Position numbers and translations under genes: made by a program
The notes under the pieces: generated by a model
Database searches by the model: none
The model's input: the letters and a program-made list of their open reading frames with translations, nothing else
What the model was told of the DNA's origin: nothing
Virus record (IMG/VR): IMGVR_UViG_3300030451_004849
Location: 1 to 52,948 of that record
Strand: one strand, 5' to 3'
DNA: 52,948 nucleotides
Source of the DNA: a virus
Taxonomy: Duplodnaviria > Caudoviricetes
Shown here: positions 29,137-39,131 of the stretch, piece after piece
Layout of the letters: every line of letters starts with the position of its first letter
Numbering within the stretch: position 1 is the stretch's first letter

Positions 29137-30669
29137 CTAAACAAAGTCAATAACAGCGTGAGTTTCTGGTAACATAATTTCCAGACCTGCTTCTGTTATG
29201 ATCATGTCTTTTCTGCCATCAATATCGTTCTCTTGAACATTAGTTTCAATGAATGTATCTCTCGATATTCCATTTCCTGCTAATGGTCTTAAAGTAACGT
29301 TGTTAAGATCTACACATACTGCTGTATCTTCCATATCACCTCTAAATAATGGATGTGCTACGAAATTCATAGAACCCCATGATGTTGAGATTGATGTGAT
29401 GTCGATAGGCATAAAGCTAGAAGTCTTAATATCCATACCAGCTCTAAATACACCTGAAGCTTCTGAAGCAGTACCTTCTGGTTTTAAAGAGTTTGATAAG
29501 AAGTTTCCAGCACCTACTTTATGTAGAGAGTTGATAACTTTTCTAGAAGTTAAACATAGTTTTTGACCACTATTTCCACCTTCCCAATTCATAAAGTTAT
29601 CCATAATGTCTACAATACCATCGTAGTGGAATCCAGTATTAACATCATAGCCTGAACCGTTACTAGCAGTTCCGCTATATGCTACTTCATACTTTTTACC
29701 ACCTTTGTTTCTAATAAAAGGCTCTACACCCCATGAGAAACGTTCATCAGCTGAATGATAAGCACCATGTCCGAATAAGAATGCATTTTCTAGATCCATT
29801 TTATGTGCTTTTAAGTGTTCTGTATAAATACGTTTCCACTCATTAGCATATCCTCTGTATCTAGTAGCTTGCATAGAGCCAGACATTAAAGGTACTGATG
29901 TTTTAAATATCTGTGTAAAGAACTCAACAGAACTTAGTTCATCTCTGAACCCATCAGGAGCACCAGTTGCCTCACCCCATTGTGACCCCATTACTTGACC
30001 TTTTTTATTCCAAGCTGCTTCTTCACCAGTGATAGCGCTGTTACCAGCATCTGCTATCTTTTCTAGTCCGTTTAAAGCTACTACTGCGAAACCTTTTTCA
30101 GTTCCTGCTTTTGCTTTAGTTGATACTGCCGCTGTATTAGTTGCAGTATATTTATAATAATATGGCTCACTTACTAATTTATAAGCTTCACCATCTATTC
30201 TAACTACTTGGTTTTTTGTCAAGAAAATAGGAGCAAATCCAGTGTAAGCATCACCTGCTACATCTAAATCGCCACCACTTGCTGTTATTTTACCATATTT
30301 ATCGTAATCTACGTGAAAAACAACGTGATCAGCAGCTGTTCCACTAGCACCATCTGCGATACCTGTGATAGCACCATCGGTACCATCACCTAGTGTAGTA
30401 ACTGTTAATTTATATTGTTCTACCGTAAAATTACGTCTTTGCCATTGATTTCTATATTCCAATGGTCTCCATACTGTTTCGTCAGTTGATTTCTTACCTA
30501 ATTTTGATAAATATGAGAAGAAAATTGATGTCTCTGGAGCTAATTCCGCAACTTTGTCACCAATACCAAACGTTCTTCTTATATTATCTACAGCAGGGCT
30601 GTTAGTCCCAATGCTGAATGAATTACTAGGAGCTGAAGAAATCAATTGATTATTTGCATAATCACCCAT
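29137..30669 (-). CDS. Major capsid protein (HK97 fold, DUF5309/SU10-like)
   Basis: Position after portal and scaffold; FTQIFKTS, HKMDLENAFLFG and MIITEAGLEIMLPETHAV motifs. Confidence 0.8.
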   Translation of the reverse strand: MGDYANNQLISSAPSNSFSIGTNSPAVDNIRRTFGIGDKVAELAPETSIFFSYLSKLGKKSTDETVWRPLEYRNQWQRRNFTVEQYKLTVTTLGDGTDGAITGIADGASGTAADHVVFHVDYDKYGKITASGGDLDVAGDAYTGFAPIFLTKNQVVRIDGEAYKLVSEPYYYKYTATNTAAVSTKAKAGTEKGFAVVALNGLEKIADAGNSAITGEEAAWNKKGQVMGSQWGEATGAPDGFRDELSSVEFFTQIFKTSVPLMSGSMQATRYRGYANEWKRIYTEHLKAHKMDLENAFLFGHGAYHSADERFSWGVEPFIRNKGGKKYEVAYSGTASNGSGYDVNTGFHYDGIVDIMDNFMNWEGGNSGQKLCLTSRKVINSLHKVGAGNFLSNSLKPEGTASEASGVFRAGMDIKTSSFMPIDITSISTSWGSMNFVAHPLFRGDMEDTAVCVDLNNVTLRPLAGNGISRDTFIETNVQENDIDGRKDMIITEAGLEIMLPETHAVIDFV

Positions 30670-30683
30670 TTTTTATTCCCTCC

Positions 30684-31706
30684 TTAGAGAAATGATTTGT
30701 TATTGTTGTCTTTAATTAAAGAACTCATGAAATCATTATCATTGGAAGAGGTCTGTGGATTCTGAGCTGGCTGAACCCCCATAGGCCTTGGAACACTTTG
30801 GGCTCTTTGAGTTTGCCTAAAGTTATTACTTGCCTGTCTTGGCGGTTGTTGCACAGGTCGACTTTGTTGAGCGGTTAAACCATTTTTATATTGATAATAA
30901 CCTACCAAATCGTCCATATTAATTGACTTTGGGTCATTCATTGTATTAATGAAATCGTCCAATTTGTCCCCCAGATTATACCTTTGTCCTACATAAGATC
31001 TGATACGACCCATTTCCTCTATTTCAGCGGCTTTGGCATTTCGTATCTTTTCTTGTTCTTCTAATGCATTAACTTTTTCATCATAGTTCTCGCGCATTTT
31101 AGCTATTTCATATTGAGAAGCAAGTTGATTATATGTTTGCATATCATCTCTCCACTTTTCAACATTATCTAAATAAACTGCGCTTTCAGATGAAGGATCA
31201 CTCATTGCCTCTTCTCGAGAAAATCCACGAGGTTGCTCAGGCTTTTCAGGTGGAGGAGGAAACTCCTCTGGTTCCTGACTTGGTGGTTGCTGACCTGCAG
31301 GAGCTTTTCCATTAGGTGTTAAATTAGCAACGGCCTCGGGATTCGTTCTTAAATAATCTACCATAGGCATATATTCTTTAACGGCATCCAATTGATTCTT
31401 CATTTGGGCAGCTTGCGACTGCCAGTATTCATAGCGGACTTTGTCATTATCGTTATTAGGAGCTACTTCATTTTGGGAAAAATTTGGAGCAGGTGCAGCA
31501 GGTTCTGCTGGTTGCTCATTTCCTAACACTGCATTACTACCTGGTTGAGGTGGTTGCGGTGCCCCATCTGATGGAATAGGTAATCCTAAATCCTGTTCAA
31601 ATCTAAAGTCCTGGTCATCTCTTTCAATACGGGTATCAATAGCTTCCTGCTCCATTGCTGGAATTTCAGGTTGCTCTTGAGCCGCATTTTCTTGATTAGC
31701 GTCCAT
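30684..31706 (-). CDS. Scaffolding protein
   Basis: Pro/Gln-rich, acidic and coiled-coil; between portal and capsid genes. Confidence 0.7.
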   Translation of the reverse strand: MDANQENAAQEQPEIPAMEQEAIDTRIERDDQDFRFEQDLGLPIPSDGAPQPPQPGSNAVLGNEQPAEPAAPAPNFSQNEVAPNNDNDKVRYEYWQSQAAQMKNQLDAVKEYMPMVDYLRTNPEAVANLTPNGKAPAGQQPPSQEPEEFPPPPEKPEQPRGFSREEAMSDPSSESAVYLDNVEKWRDDMQTYNQLASQYEIAKMRENYDEKVNALEEQEKIRNAKAAEIEEMGRIRSYVGQRYNLGDKLDDFINTMNDPKSINMDDLVGYYQYKNGLTAQQSRPVQQPPRQASNNFRQTQRAQSVPRPMGVQPAQNPQTSSNDNDFMSSLIKDNNNKSFL

Positions 31707-31708
31707 TT

Positions 31709-34078
31709 CTATTTCCTCTTACTTTTTGACGGCTTCTTAGATGCGGAAGAAGGTGCGTCGGGTTTCTTTGCTGCATCTTGAGCGTCTTTCCTTAACATTG
31801 ACAAGTTATCATCTAATCTCTTCTCAAAAAGTGTTCCAGCTAATTTAGCTTTCTGACTTGTTGTATCGAGTTCAGTTTTAAACTTCTCGACTTCAACCTT
31901 CTGCTTAAGGTGAACATTTTCTCGCTCTAACGTTTGCATATCACCGCCTAATTTCTTAAGCTGCTTTGTTAGACCTTCGACTTGTTGCGTAAGCTGGTTG
32001 ATAGTATCTGTTCTTTGAAGTACGCCCTCCATATCGAAAACTTCTGTTTTCTTAAGCACTTCTGCTTTATCGATAAGACCTTTAGAGTAAGCATCCATAT
32101 AAAATTCGAGTTCCGCATATCTATTGCTTGGAAGTGTCGAACCTGATACATATACTACATCATATTTTCCTACCGTAATATCATTAAAAATCTTTATTTC
32201 ATTAGTTTTGTCGTCCCACATTTTTTTATTAATTGCATATTCACTTAAAGAGTTATTTGCTTGGACAACTCTAAATACTTTTTCTTCTTGATATAATTCT
32301 TGCATTAATTGTACAGCCACTTTTCCTACTCTTTGTAAAGCTCCCTCTATATCAGCTAATTTAGATCTAATTTTTCTTTGACCAAACTCATCTAAAGATA
32401 TAGTTGCCTTATAAGTTTGTGGGGCAGCTTGGGAATTTCCCATCATCATCTCGTACAGTCCTAATTGATGGTCTATGTCGTTTTTAGCGGTCTGTTCGTT
32501 ATTGTAGAGCTCATTCGGAAGAGGAGCTGGACTTGCGACAACAGGCTGCCCCATATCAAAGTCAACCTCTATACCAACACCAGGTTGTGCCCACTTTTCT
32601 TCAAACTCCGCCATATCTACACTACCAGAAGGCACTAGCACTTTCATATTTGTAGATGTAGTTGCGTGAGCAATAATCAAAGACCTAGTTTTATTGATAT
32701 AGTCTTGTAATCCTTTAACCATACGAACATCAGAGATAGGATAAGGTGTTCTTGTATGTAAATTACAAATTGGGACAATAGGATAGCTACTTGTTGGTAG
32801 AATCCTGGAATAAATATAGGTATCGCCGATAATTACGCATTGTTTCACTTTTGTGATAGATATAGGAACAGATTCGACTGCTCCCTCCTGAATAAGATGA
32901 GCCATTGTTTTCATCTCTACACCAGGTATTTCCGTAGCATTACCAGCGTCTATCATAGCCTGTTCTCGCGTCTGAGTAACTTGTTTGTCAATATTTTCCC
33001 TTAAATTAGATAGTTCTAGCTCCATTCTATCTGGAATCATATTGCCTAAAGCTACTTGTTCCTCCAATTGCTTTTCTGTTTCTTGATATTGAACTTCAAG
33101 CTCTTCTGATAATCTATATACATCATCTTCAATGATTTTAAGATTTTTATCCATTATATCTTGCTTTTGCTTAGATACTGTTTCTTGAGCTTTTTCAATT
33201 TCAGAGCCCATTAATATATTACCATTTAATACTCCTATTCTCTGGTTAATATATGCTTGAAACTCTTCTTCGTTAAAACGATATTCTGTTCCAGAGAATT
33301 TTTCAAATACTCTGTAAGCAAGTTCTTCAACTTTATAATATCTTTCATATCCTCTAACGTAATGACCATCTTCTAATGTGTCTATATCTCCAGGGAAAGT
33401 GATTCCAGTGTTATCTGTATTTCCTGTTATGATTTCATCACTATCATACATTCCATGTGCAGCGTCAATTGCTTGTTTATATTGGGGATATAAAGCTTTA
33501 GCTTGTGCTTTTGTGAAATTCCTTGATACAATAATGTTTTCAGCATCATCAAAGAACTGGTCTCTGGAATTTGGATCTACATAAACATCCATTGGGTCAA
33601 CATCTTTAAATACAACTTCTCCCTTACCATCGTCTGCTTGTGGGTTTTGATATACCATAAAATAACCAAGTCCAGTTACATAGTAATCGTCTACCGCATT
33701 TCTAACAATAGAACGTCCATCTGATATATCATACATGTAAGAAAGTAATGCATTTAAAACATTAGCAACTTTAGTGTCACTATCTTCTCTTGGGGATACT
33801 TTAAATGAGGGTCTATTTGCAGTAAGCATTGCTTTTGCTGTTTCTACTGCTGGGTGTATTCTATTAACGACAATAGGAGCTTGACCCCTTGATTTAAGAG
33901 TCTTTTCTTGTTCTATCGTCCATTGTCGTCCTAAACGATATTCCTGGTCTTCCCTTGCCTGATGTTCCCAAATGTCTCTTTTTCGCTTATATAAGTCAAA
34001 AATTTCTTTGGTTTCTTCTACAATCTTTGTATAATCTTCAGTGGGTTGTTCAGGATTCTGATAATTTTCATCTGCCAA
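31709..34078 (-). CDS. Portal protein (P22-like)
   Basis: GRQW, PIVVNRI and VYVDP motifs; follows TerL; probable TTG start at 34078 after a GGGGGT RBS (track start 34117). Confidence 0.85.
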   Translation of the reverse strand: MADENYQNPEQPTEDYTKIVEETKEIFDLYKRKRDIWEHQAREDQEYRLGRQWTIEQEKTLKSRGQAPIVVNRIHPAVETAKAMLTANRPSFKVSPREDSDTKVANVLNALLSYMYDISDGRSIVRNAVDDYYVTGLGYFMVYQNPQADDGKGEVVFKDVDPMDVYVDPNSRDQFFDDAENIIVSRNFTKAQAKALYPQYKQAIDAAHGMYDSDEIITGNTDNTGITFPGDIDTLEDGHYVRGYERYYKVEELAYRVFEKFSGTEYRFNEEEFQAYINQRIGVLNGNILMGSEIEKAQETVSKQKQDIMDKNLKIIEDDVYRLSEELEVQYQETEKQLEEQVALGNMIPDRMELELSNLRENIDKQVTQTREQAMIDAGNATEIPGVEMKTMAHLIQEGAVESVPISITKVKQCVIIGDTYIYSRILPTSSYPIVPICNLHTRTPYPISDVRMVKGLQDYINKTRSLIIAHATTSTNMKVLVPSGSVDMAEFEEKWAQPGVGIEVDFDMGQPVVASPAPLPNELYNNEQTAKNDIDHQLGLYEMMMGNSQAAPQTYKATISLDEFGQRKIRSKLADIEGALQRVGKVAVQLMQELYQEEKVFRVVQANNSLSEYAINKKMWDDKTNEIKIFNDITVGKYDVVYVSGSTLPSNRYAELEFYMDAYSKGLIDKAEVLKKTEVFDMEGVLQRTDTINQLTQQVEGLTKQLKKLGGDMQTLERENVHLKQKVEVEKFKTELDTTSQKAKLAGTLFEKRLDDNLSMLRKDAQDAAKKPDAPSSASKKPSKSKRK

Positions 34079-34117
34079 TGCTTTTAATACCCCCATATTA
34101 TGCCTACACTGAGGCAA

Positions 34118-34130
34118 TATAATATATTAA
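34118..34130 (-). promoter_or_regulatory. Candidate late-promoter motif TTAATATATTATA (copy 2)
   Basis: Identical to 13189-13201. Confidence 0.35.
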
Positions 34131-35624
34131 TTATAATGTCATCCAATCAAGGACTTTTTTAAATTTATTTTCTTTAGCTTCTGGATCTAAGGACTTTATT
34201 CTACAAGGCCTTGACCCTTCTAATGAAGTCCATACCGCATCCATTATATCATCATGCTTACCTTTTGGATAGGATAAAAACTCTGCTTGTGCTTCTGTGT
34301 CTTGGCTTCTAAAATAAAACTCACCCTTAGCAAACATAGGAACTAAAGACAATAAACGTTCTGATTTTCTTGTTCTAGGCTTAACACCCTTTTCTAATCC
34401 AGGTATATATAGATTCTCTTCTAACATACGTTTTTTAACTGCTGCTCTTAATGCTTCCTGGTAAGCAACTGTCTCTATTTTCATTTTTTTATGTCTATAT
34501 TTTTTAAACTTTTCTATTATTATATCAGGCTGCTCTGCTGGAGAAACGTGTTTTCTATATAAATCTATTATATACTTATTACCCTCATGGTCTATACCTA
34601 AAGTTATTAAAACAAAGAAGTCTGCTCTTGCAGACAAAGATGATGCAGGATCTACACCGCCATATACTTCTATTGGAATAACTTTTTCACCATCACCAGT
34701 TTCTTTAACTAAGCATGGTTGACCACCAACCCTTTTATATTCATATTGATGTAATTTAATCCATTCAGGTTTAAAGGGAGCTTCATCTGGCGATTGAGCA
34801 ATATTCATATACTCCTGGTAAAAACCATTTATATTACCAACAGATGCATATTCTTCTTTTATTTGGTCAATTCTTTCTTTAGGAAATCTTTCGGGCCATA
34901 TAGGAGTTCCATCCTCATTTATTATACTATACCACAACACATTCCATGCTGAAGAATCTTTAGCCCAATATAAAAAACAATCTTCTGATATAACTGTACC
35001 AATCATAACTATCCTACCTTCATCTGATAATGATGGTATAACAGCTTCTGTCATCCACTTTCTATTTTTAGCCCTTGCTTCTAATGTAAAAGCATTTAAT
35101 TCTGATTCAAAGTCATCTACAATAATTAATGTTGGTCTTGTATCACCCTCAATAAAACCCCTAACTCTTTGTCCAGTACCAACCGCTACTATCCTAACGC
35201 CATTTGCAGTTACTATATCAGTTGCAGTCCATCTTCTAGCAGTAGTAGGTCCCATATCTCCAAATAATTGCTTAAACCTATCACTATGAGTTAAATGATA
35301 TTTAATACGAGATAAGAAGTTAATAGACTGCGCCTGTGATTCGGAGATGATTACAATGAACTCTTCTTCATTGTCCGCCTTGAATGCGATGCGGTGCATA
35401 GGTAGGAGTAGTGAGGTAACTGTAGATTTTGCCGTTCCACGAGGCGCTGCTATTAAAACTCTTTTTTTATCTCTATTTCTTAAATCTCTATATATTTCAT
35501 GGTGAAATGGAGGAGTAGCTTTTCTTAGGGCTGTTGGAAAACATGTCCTACCAAATAAAGCAATATTACTTCTTAATTTCTTTAGTGCTTGCTTTTTTTG
35601 ATATAAAGCCTCATAATCTTCCAT
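34131..35624 (-). CDS. terL: Terminase large subunit
   Basis: APRGTAKST Walker A, LIIVDDFE Walker B, GVDPA and HDDIMDA RNase H-like nuclease motifs. Confidence 0.92.
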   Translation of the reverse strand: MEDYEALYQKKQALKKLRSNIALFGRTCFPTALRKATPPFHHEIYRDLRNRDKKRVLIAAPRGTAKSTVTSLLLPMHRIAFKADNEEEFIVIISESQAQSINFLSRIKYHLTHSDRFKQLFGDMGPTTARRWTATDIVTANGVRIVAVGTGQRVRGFIEGDTRPTLIIVDDFESELNAFTLEARAKNRKWMTEAVIPSLSDEGRIVMIGTVISEDCFLYWAKDSSAWNVLWYSIINEDGTPIWPERFPKERIDQIKEEYASVGNINGFYQEYMNIAQSPDEAPFKPEWIKLHQYEYKRVGGQPCLVKETGDGEKVIPIEVYGGVDPASSLSARADFFVLITLGIDHEGNKYIIDLYRKHVSPAEQPDIIIEKFKKYRHKKMKIETVAYQEALRAAVKKRMLEENLYIPGLEKGVKPRTRKSERLLSLVPMFAKGEFYFRSQDTEAQAEFLSYPKGKHDDIMDAVWTSLEGSRPCRIKSLDPEAKENKFKKVLDWMTL

Positions 35625-36394
35625 TACTTATCTGTAGATGTCTTTTCTTCTATTTGAGTCTGAGTACCTTTTAAATGTTGCTCTTCTTCAGCTATTTCAT
35701 CTAAAAGCTTTCTAGTAGAGGTTGCTTCTAATTGAGTAGTTGTTTGAGTTACAGTCTTATCCTTCATACCTAACATATCTTGTATATTCTCTACAACTCT
35801 TAAGAAATTGGTAACATCATTCTTTACCTTAGCCATTTCAAGGCCTTCAGTTAATAAGTCAATTGCTTTTGACCTATTATATCCTTTTTCACTTAAAACT
35901 TCTTTTAATTCATCTTTTACCATACTTTTAAACTCCTGTGTTCTCATCCATCTTTTAACTGTTCTTCTTTTAGATGGAGTTGGGTTTTCAAATACCTGAT
36001 CTATCGCTAAATCCATATCAAAACATACGGCATATACCATAGCAAGGTCTCTCCACTCCTTAGATCCTTTTCTTACTTCAAGCTGCGGTTTTCCCGATAA
36101 CGTGTGATTAGATAATCTACCATCTGCTTTAAGTTTTTGATTAGGATAACGAGGAGAATGAAAGGCATAACCAAAAGGCATCCTAACATAATAAGACTCA
36201 ACACCATTAGCTGATTCATACTTCTTCTTCTGGATGACCTTTCCAACATAGTTATCATCAGTGAGCGCATATTCTCCTTTTTCTGCTTCTTTCCAATAGG
36301 TATAACTTAAATTATCGCTATCGGCTTCATCTTTTGTAAACACTTTATAAGATACACGACCCTTATCTTTATGTTTAATAGTTATTTCGTACAT
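35624..36394 (-). CDS. Probable terminase small subunit
   Basis: Directly upstream of terL; helical C-terminal region. Confidence 0.5.
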   Translation of the reverse strand: MYEITIKHKDKGRVSYKVFTKDEADSDNLSYTYWKEAEKGEYALTDDNYVGKVIQKKKYESANGVESYYVRMPFGYAFHSPRYPNQKLKADGRLSNHTLSGKPQLEVRKGSKEWRDLAMVYAVCFDMDLAIDQVFENPTPSKRRTVKRWMRTQEFKSMVKDELKEVLSEKGYNRSKAIDLLTEGLEMAKVKNDVTNFLRVVENIQDMLGMKDKTVTQTTTQLEATSTRKLLDEIAEEEQHLKGTQTQIEEKTSTDK

Positions 36395-36777
36395 AATTCG
36401 AAGTGTGGAAAGTCATCGAACTTATTGTCATCTACTTCAAAGTTCATATTCCAGTCTCCTCCCCAACGAAGAGTAATACCCATCCCACGAGCCACCCCAA
36501 GGACATACCCAGCAAAAAGGTGGAAACGCTCTCTGTCTTCCCAGTCAATAGGGTAAGGAACGACATCAGCAGCGTTACTAGGGATAGCGTTATGCCTACC
36601 ATTTGGGTAACGTACTTTAGTTTTTCCTTCGTCATAGAGTTTATTCTGTCTTTCTTTACTTCGATTACCCTCAATAACTGAGCAATCTACATGTTTAATT
36701 ACTTCGTTAAATACTTTTTGCAGGTCTTCATGACAACTTGCAAGGTTCGCTCTTGATCTTTTTCCAAATCTAGGCAT
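36382..36777 (-). CDS. Endolysin, peptidase M15 (L-Ala-D-Glu endopeptidase-like)
   Basis: EGNRS..RQ, RHN...AAD, WGGDW and DFPHFEL motifs. Confidence 0.88.
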   Translation of the reverse strand: MPRFGKRSRANLASCHEDLQKVFNEVIKHVDCSVIEGNRSKERQNKLYDEGKTKVRYPNGRHNAIPSNAADVVPYPIDWEDRERFHLFAGYVLGVARGMGITLRWGGDWNMNFEVDDNKFDDFPHFELCTK

Positions 36778-37267
36778 AGTTCCTCCTAATCAAATATTAG
36801 TATTATTCCTATCATTATAAGTTTGTCTATTATCCATAGTATAATAAGGATGTCTAGTTTACTTAGTGCCTTCTCTGTGTTTGTTGGAAGCACGGTTACT
36901 CCTTGGGTATCTTCTTATATTATCTATAGGGATAGTAGTAGACCACCTAACCTTAGGTTCATCAGTCTTTATTGTAGTGTATTTACTAGACATTACTACT
37001 CCTGTAGTATATTTAAATAAAGTTCAATATAGTTTGTCTATAGTCTGTCTATAGAACATTAAAGTACAGGAACGCCGTAATCTATAGTATAGGTAATATA
37101 GTATACTTATATAGTATTATCCAATAAAATCTTTAAAATATTATATTTGCCCAAAATAAACTAAAAAATATTTCAGGGTACCTTAACCTACCTTTTACCT
37201 AGATCTAGCCTAGAAAGCCCTATTTTACGTTGAAAAAGGCATTTGTAAAAATTTCCCCAAGAATTGG

Positions 37268-37403
37268 TGTACGTGATATACATTGACCCGACCCCGTCGG
37301 ATTCTACGGCATGGGGTGCCTTGCCAGGTTGAATCCAGGACGGTTCAGTTCAACTTGAGCCAAGTGTGGCTCTTCCCCTATCCTGCTTGGGCAGGTTGCC
37401 CAC
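37268..37403 (+). other. GC-rich multi-hairpin element upstream of the first plus-strand gene
   Basis: Stems accccg/tggggt (37291-37317), caggttgaa/ttcaacttg (37325-37357), gagcca/tggctc (37357-37372), cctgc/gcagg (37382-37395) in AT-rich surroundings. Confidence 0.55.
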
Positions 37404-37445
37404 AATTAATCTTAATAATAAATAATAAAATAAGGAATATTAATT

Positions 37446-37883
37446 ATGAGCAAAGTTAAATTATCAGTTGAATCTTACAAGAATACTATAACACCTGATA
37501 CATCTAAGGCTAAAGTCGTGGTTTTAGATGATAATGGTAAACCTAAAGTTAGTCCTACTACTAATACCATTATAACTAAATATCCAGACTTATTAGATGC
37601 AAATAATCAAAAAGTGTATTCTAATAATATTCAAGTGATATTTATACCTAATGAAGGTGCAGTAGTTCCAAAACTCTTGAGTAAAGCCAATATTCAATCT
37701 ATGGTTCAAGAGTTTAGCAACAACTATAATAAGGATTTGAAACATAAACCAAATTCTACTTACACATTGAAGAAATCAAACATCTTTGAGTATGTCGACA
37801 AAGAAACAGGCGAGGTAACTCAAAGGATTTCTGCAATATTCACACCTACTTTCACACCTATCAAATCCTCATTATCCTTCTAA
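37446..37883 (+). CDS. Hypothetical early protein
   Basis: 145-aa ORF with AAGGA RBS and downstream terminator. Confidence 0.7.
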   Translation: MSKVKLSVESYKNTITPDTSKAKVVVLDDNGKPKVSPTTNTIITKYPDLLDANNQKVYSNNIQVIFIPNEGAVVPKLLSKANIQSMVQEFSNNYNKDLKHKPNSTYTLKKSNIFEYVDKETGEVTQRISAIFTPTFTPIKSSLSF

Positions 37884-37905
37884 AGGCTTCACAAAGCCGA
37901 TTATT

Positions 37906-37934
37906 AAGGGGTATACATTCGTATATCCCTTTTT
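37906..37934 (+). terminator. Rho-independent terminator
   Basis: aaggggtatac-attc-gtatatccctt followed by a T-run. Confidence 0.65.
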
Positions 37935-38008
37935 AAGTTCGTCCACAATAGAGCGAGCTATGAGTATTATAGTATACATAAAATAAGCATAATAAGGAGC
38001 AAACAGTT

Positions 38009-38170
38009 ATGAATGATGGTCAAGTAAGCATAAATGATAAACCTTCGTATTTTCACTATTATAACCCTTTAAATGGGTCAATTATAAGTGTGGAAAGAAC
38101 TGACGAAGTTAACACAATATCTTTAGGGCTAAGCAAAGCTCAAAAGATGATAAATGAAGGAGGTAAGTAA
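38009..38170 (+). CDS. Small hypothetical protein (53 aa), not in ORF track
   Basis: RBS AAGGAG; MNDGQVSINDKPSYFHYYNP...; TAATG coupling to the next gene. Confidence 0.6.
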   Translation: MNDGQVSINDKPSYFHYYNPLNGSIISVERTDEVNTISLGLSKAQKMINEGGK

Positions 38171-38406
38171 TGTTTAGATATAAACACTTATTTAAACCTT
38201 TGCAGTTCATTGTAATCTATGGTTCAGCCATTGCATTCTGGTATACATTTTTACCTGAACATTGGTTAAGCTTTTTAGCAAGATTATCTATTACTATGGT
38301 AGTAATTATGATAATGTTTGTAATAGCCTCTAATATCGTAGGATTAGTAGTAAGATTACTAAGAAAACGATATAAATGGGCGAGGAAAGTATTTATGAAA
38401 CCATAG
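38170..38406 (+). CDS. Two-TM membrane protein
   Basis: Two hydrophobic segments and a basic tail; RBS GGAGG. Confidence 0.65.
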   Translation: MFRYKHLFKPLQFIVIYGSAIAFWYTFLPEHWLSFLARLSITMVVIMIMFVIASNIVGLVVRLLRKRYKWARKVFMKP

Positions 38407-38487
38407 AGCATAAATGAACAACTCAAGCTCGTAGCACGAATAATTACGAGTCTAAATAAAGGATTATTCACAATTAGTAATTAAGTC

Positions 38488-38623
38488 TGGCAGTTACTTA
38501 ATGAACATTGGGCGATCAACGTAGCCGATAACACAGGGGTTTAATACTGTGTAAACTGCCAAAAATTTAAAAAACAGTCATGAAGTTAACAGAACTGTTA
38601 GTGGTAATGGCGACAGACCACTA
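38488..38623 (+). ncRNA. Candidate structured RNA (stem-enclosed element plus GCGA tetraloop hairpins)
   Basis: tggcagtt/aactgcca encloses ttgg-GCGA-tcaa and acacag/ctgtgt; next hairpin tagtggt..tg-GCGA-ca..accacta. Confidence 0.45.
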
Positions 38624-38715
38624 TAATCAAAGATGCTATGGAAACGATGAAAATTCTAGACAAGTAATCGGGCCTTTGTCGCATACATTTTAAATAAACT
38701 ACACAAGGAGGTGTA

Positions 38716-39123
38716 ATGAGAGTTCAAACAGACAAAACTAAACTGCACACTAAATGTGTAGAGTATGAAGATAATAGTAAATGCATTACAAAAATAAGAC
38801 AATATTTAATCATAAATAAAGGTAAAGCAGTAGGAATAGCTGCAAATCAACTATTTATGAACAATAGAGTCTTTGGTATATGGTATAACAATAAAATAAT
38901 GATTTTTGAAAATCCAGAGATAATAGCATACAGCGGTGATGACTTACAAGACAGCACTGAAGGATGTATGTCTATTAAAAATGGAAAGAAACCATACCAT
39001 TTAAAAAGACCAAGACAAGTAGTGATAAAGAATGGTAAAGAAGAATACACATTCAATGATTACTACGCAACAGTAATATGTCATGAAATGGATCATTTAA
39101 ATGGTAAACTTATAAGCGATTAG
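38716..39123 (+). CDS. def: Peptide deformylase (short viral type)
   Basis: GIAANQ, EGCMS and HEMDH motifs. Confidence 0.92.
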   Translation: MRVQTDKTKLHTKCVEYEDNSKCITKIRQYLIINKGKAVGIAANQLFMNNRVFGIWYNNKIMIFENPEIIAYSGDDLQDSTEGCMSIKNGKKPYHLKRPRQVVIKNGKEEYTFNDYYATVICHEMDHLNGKLISD

Positions 39124-39131
39124 GAGGAAGT

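Noticed and set aside
36823-37054. Track ORFs 36823-37020 and 36866-37054
   Set aside because: Non-ATG starts, no RBS and low-complexity translation; more likely non-coding control region
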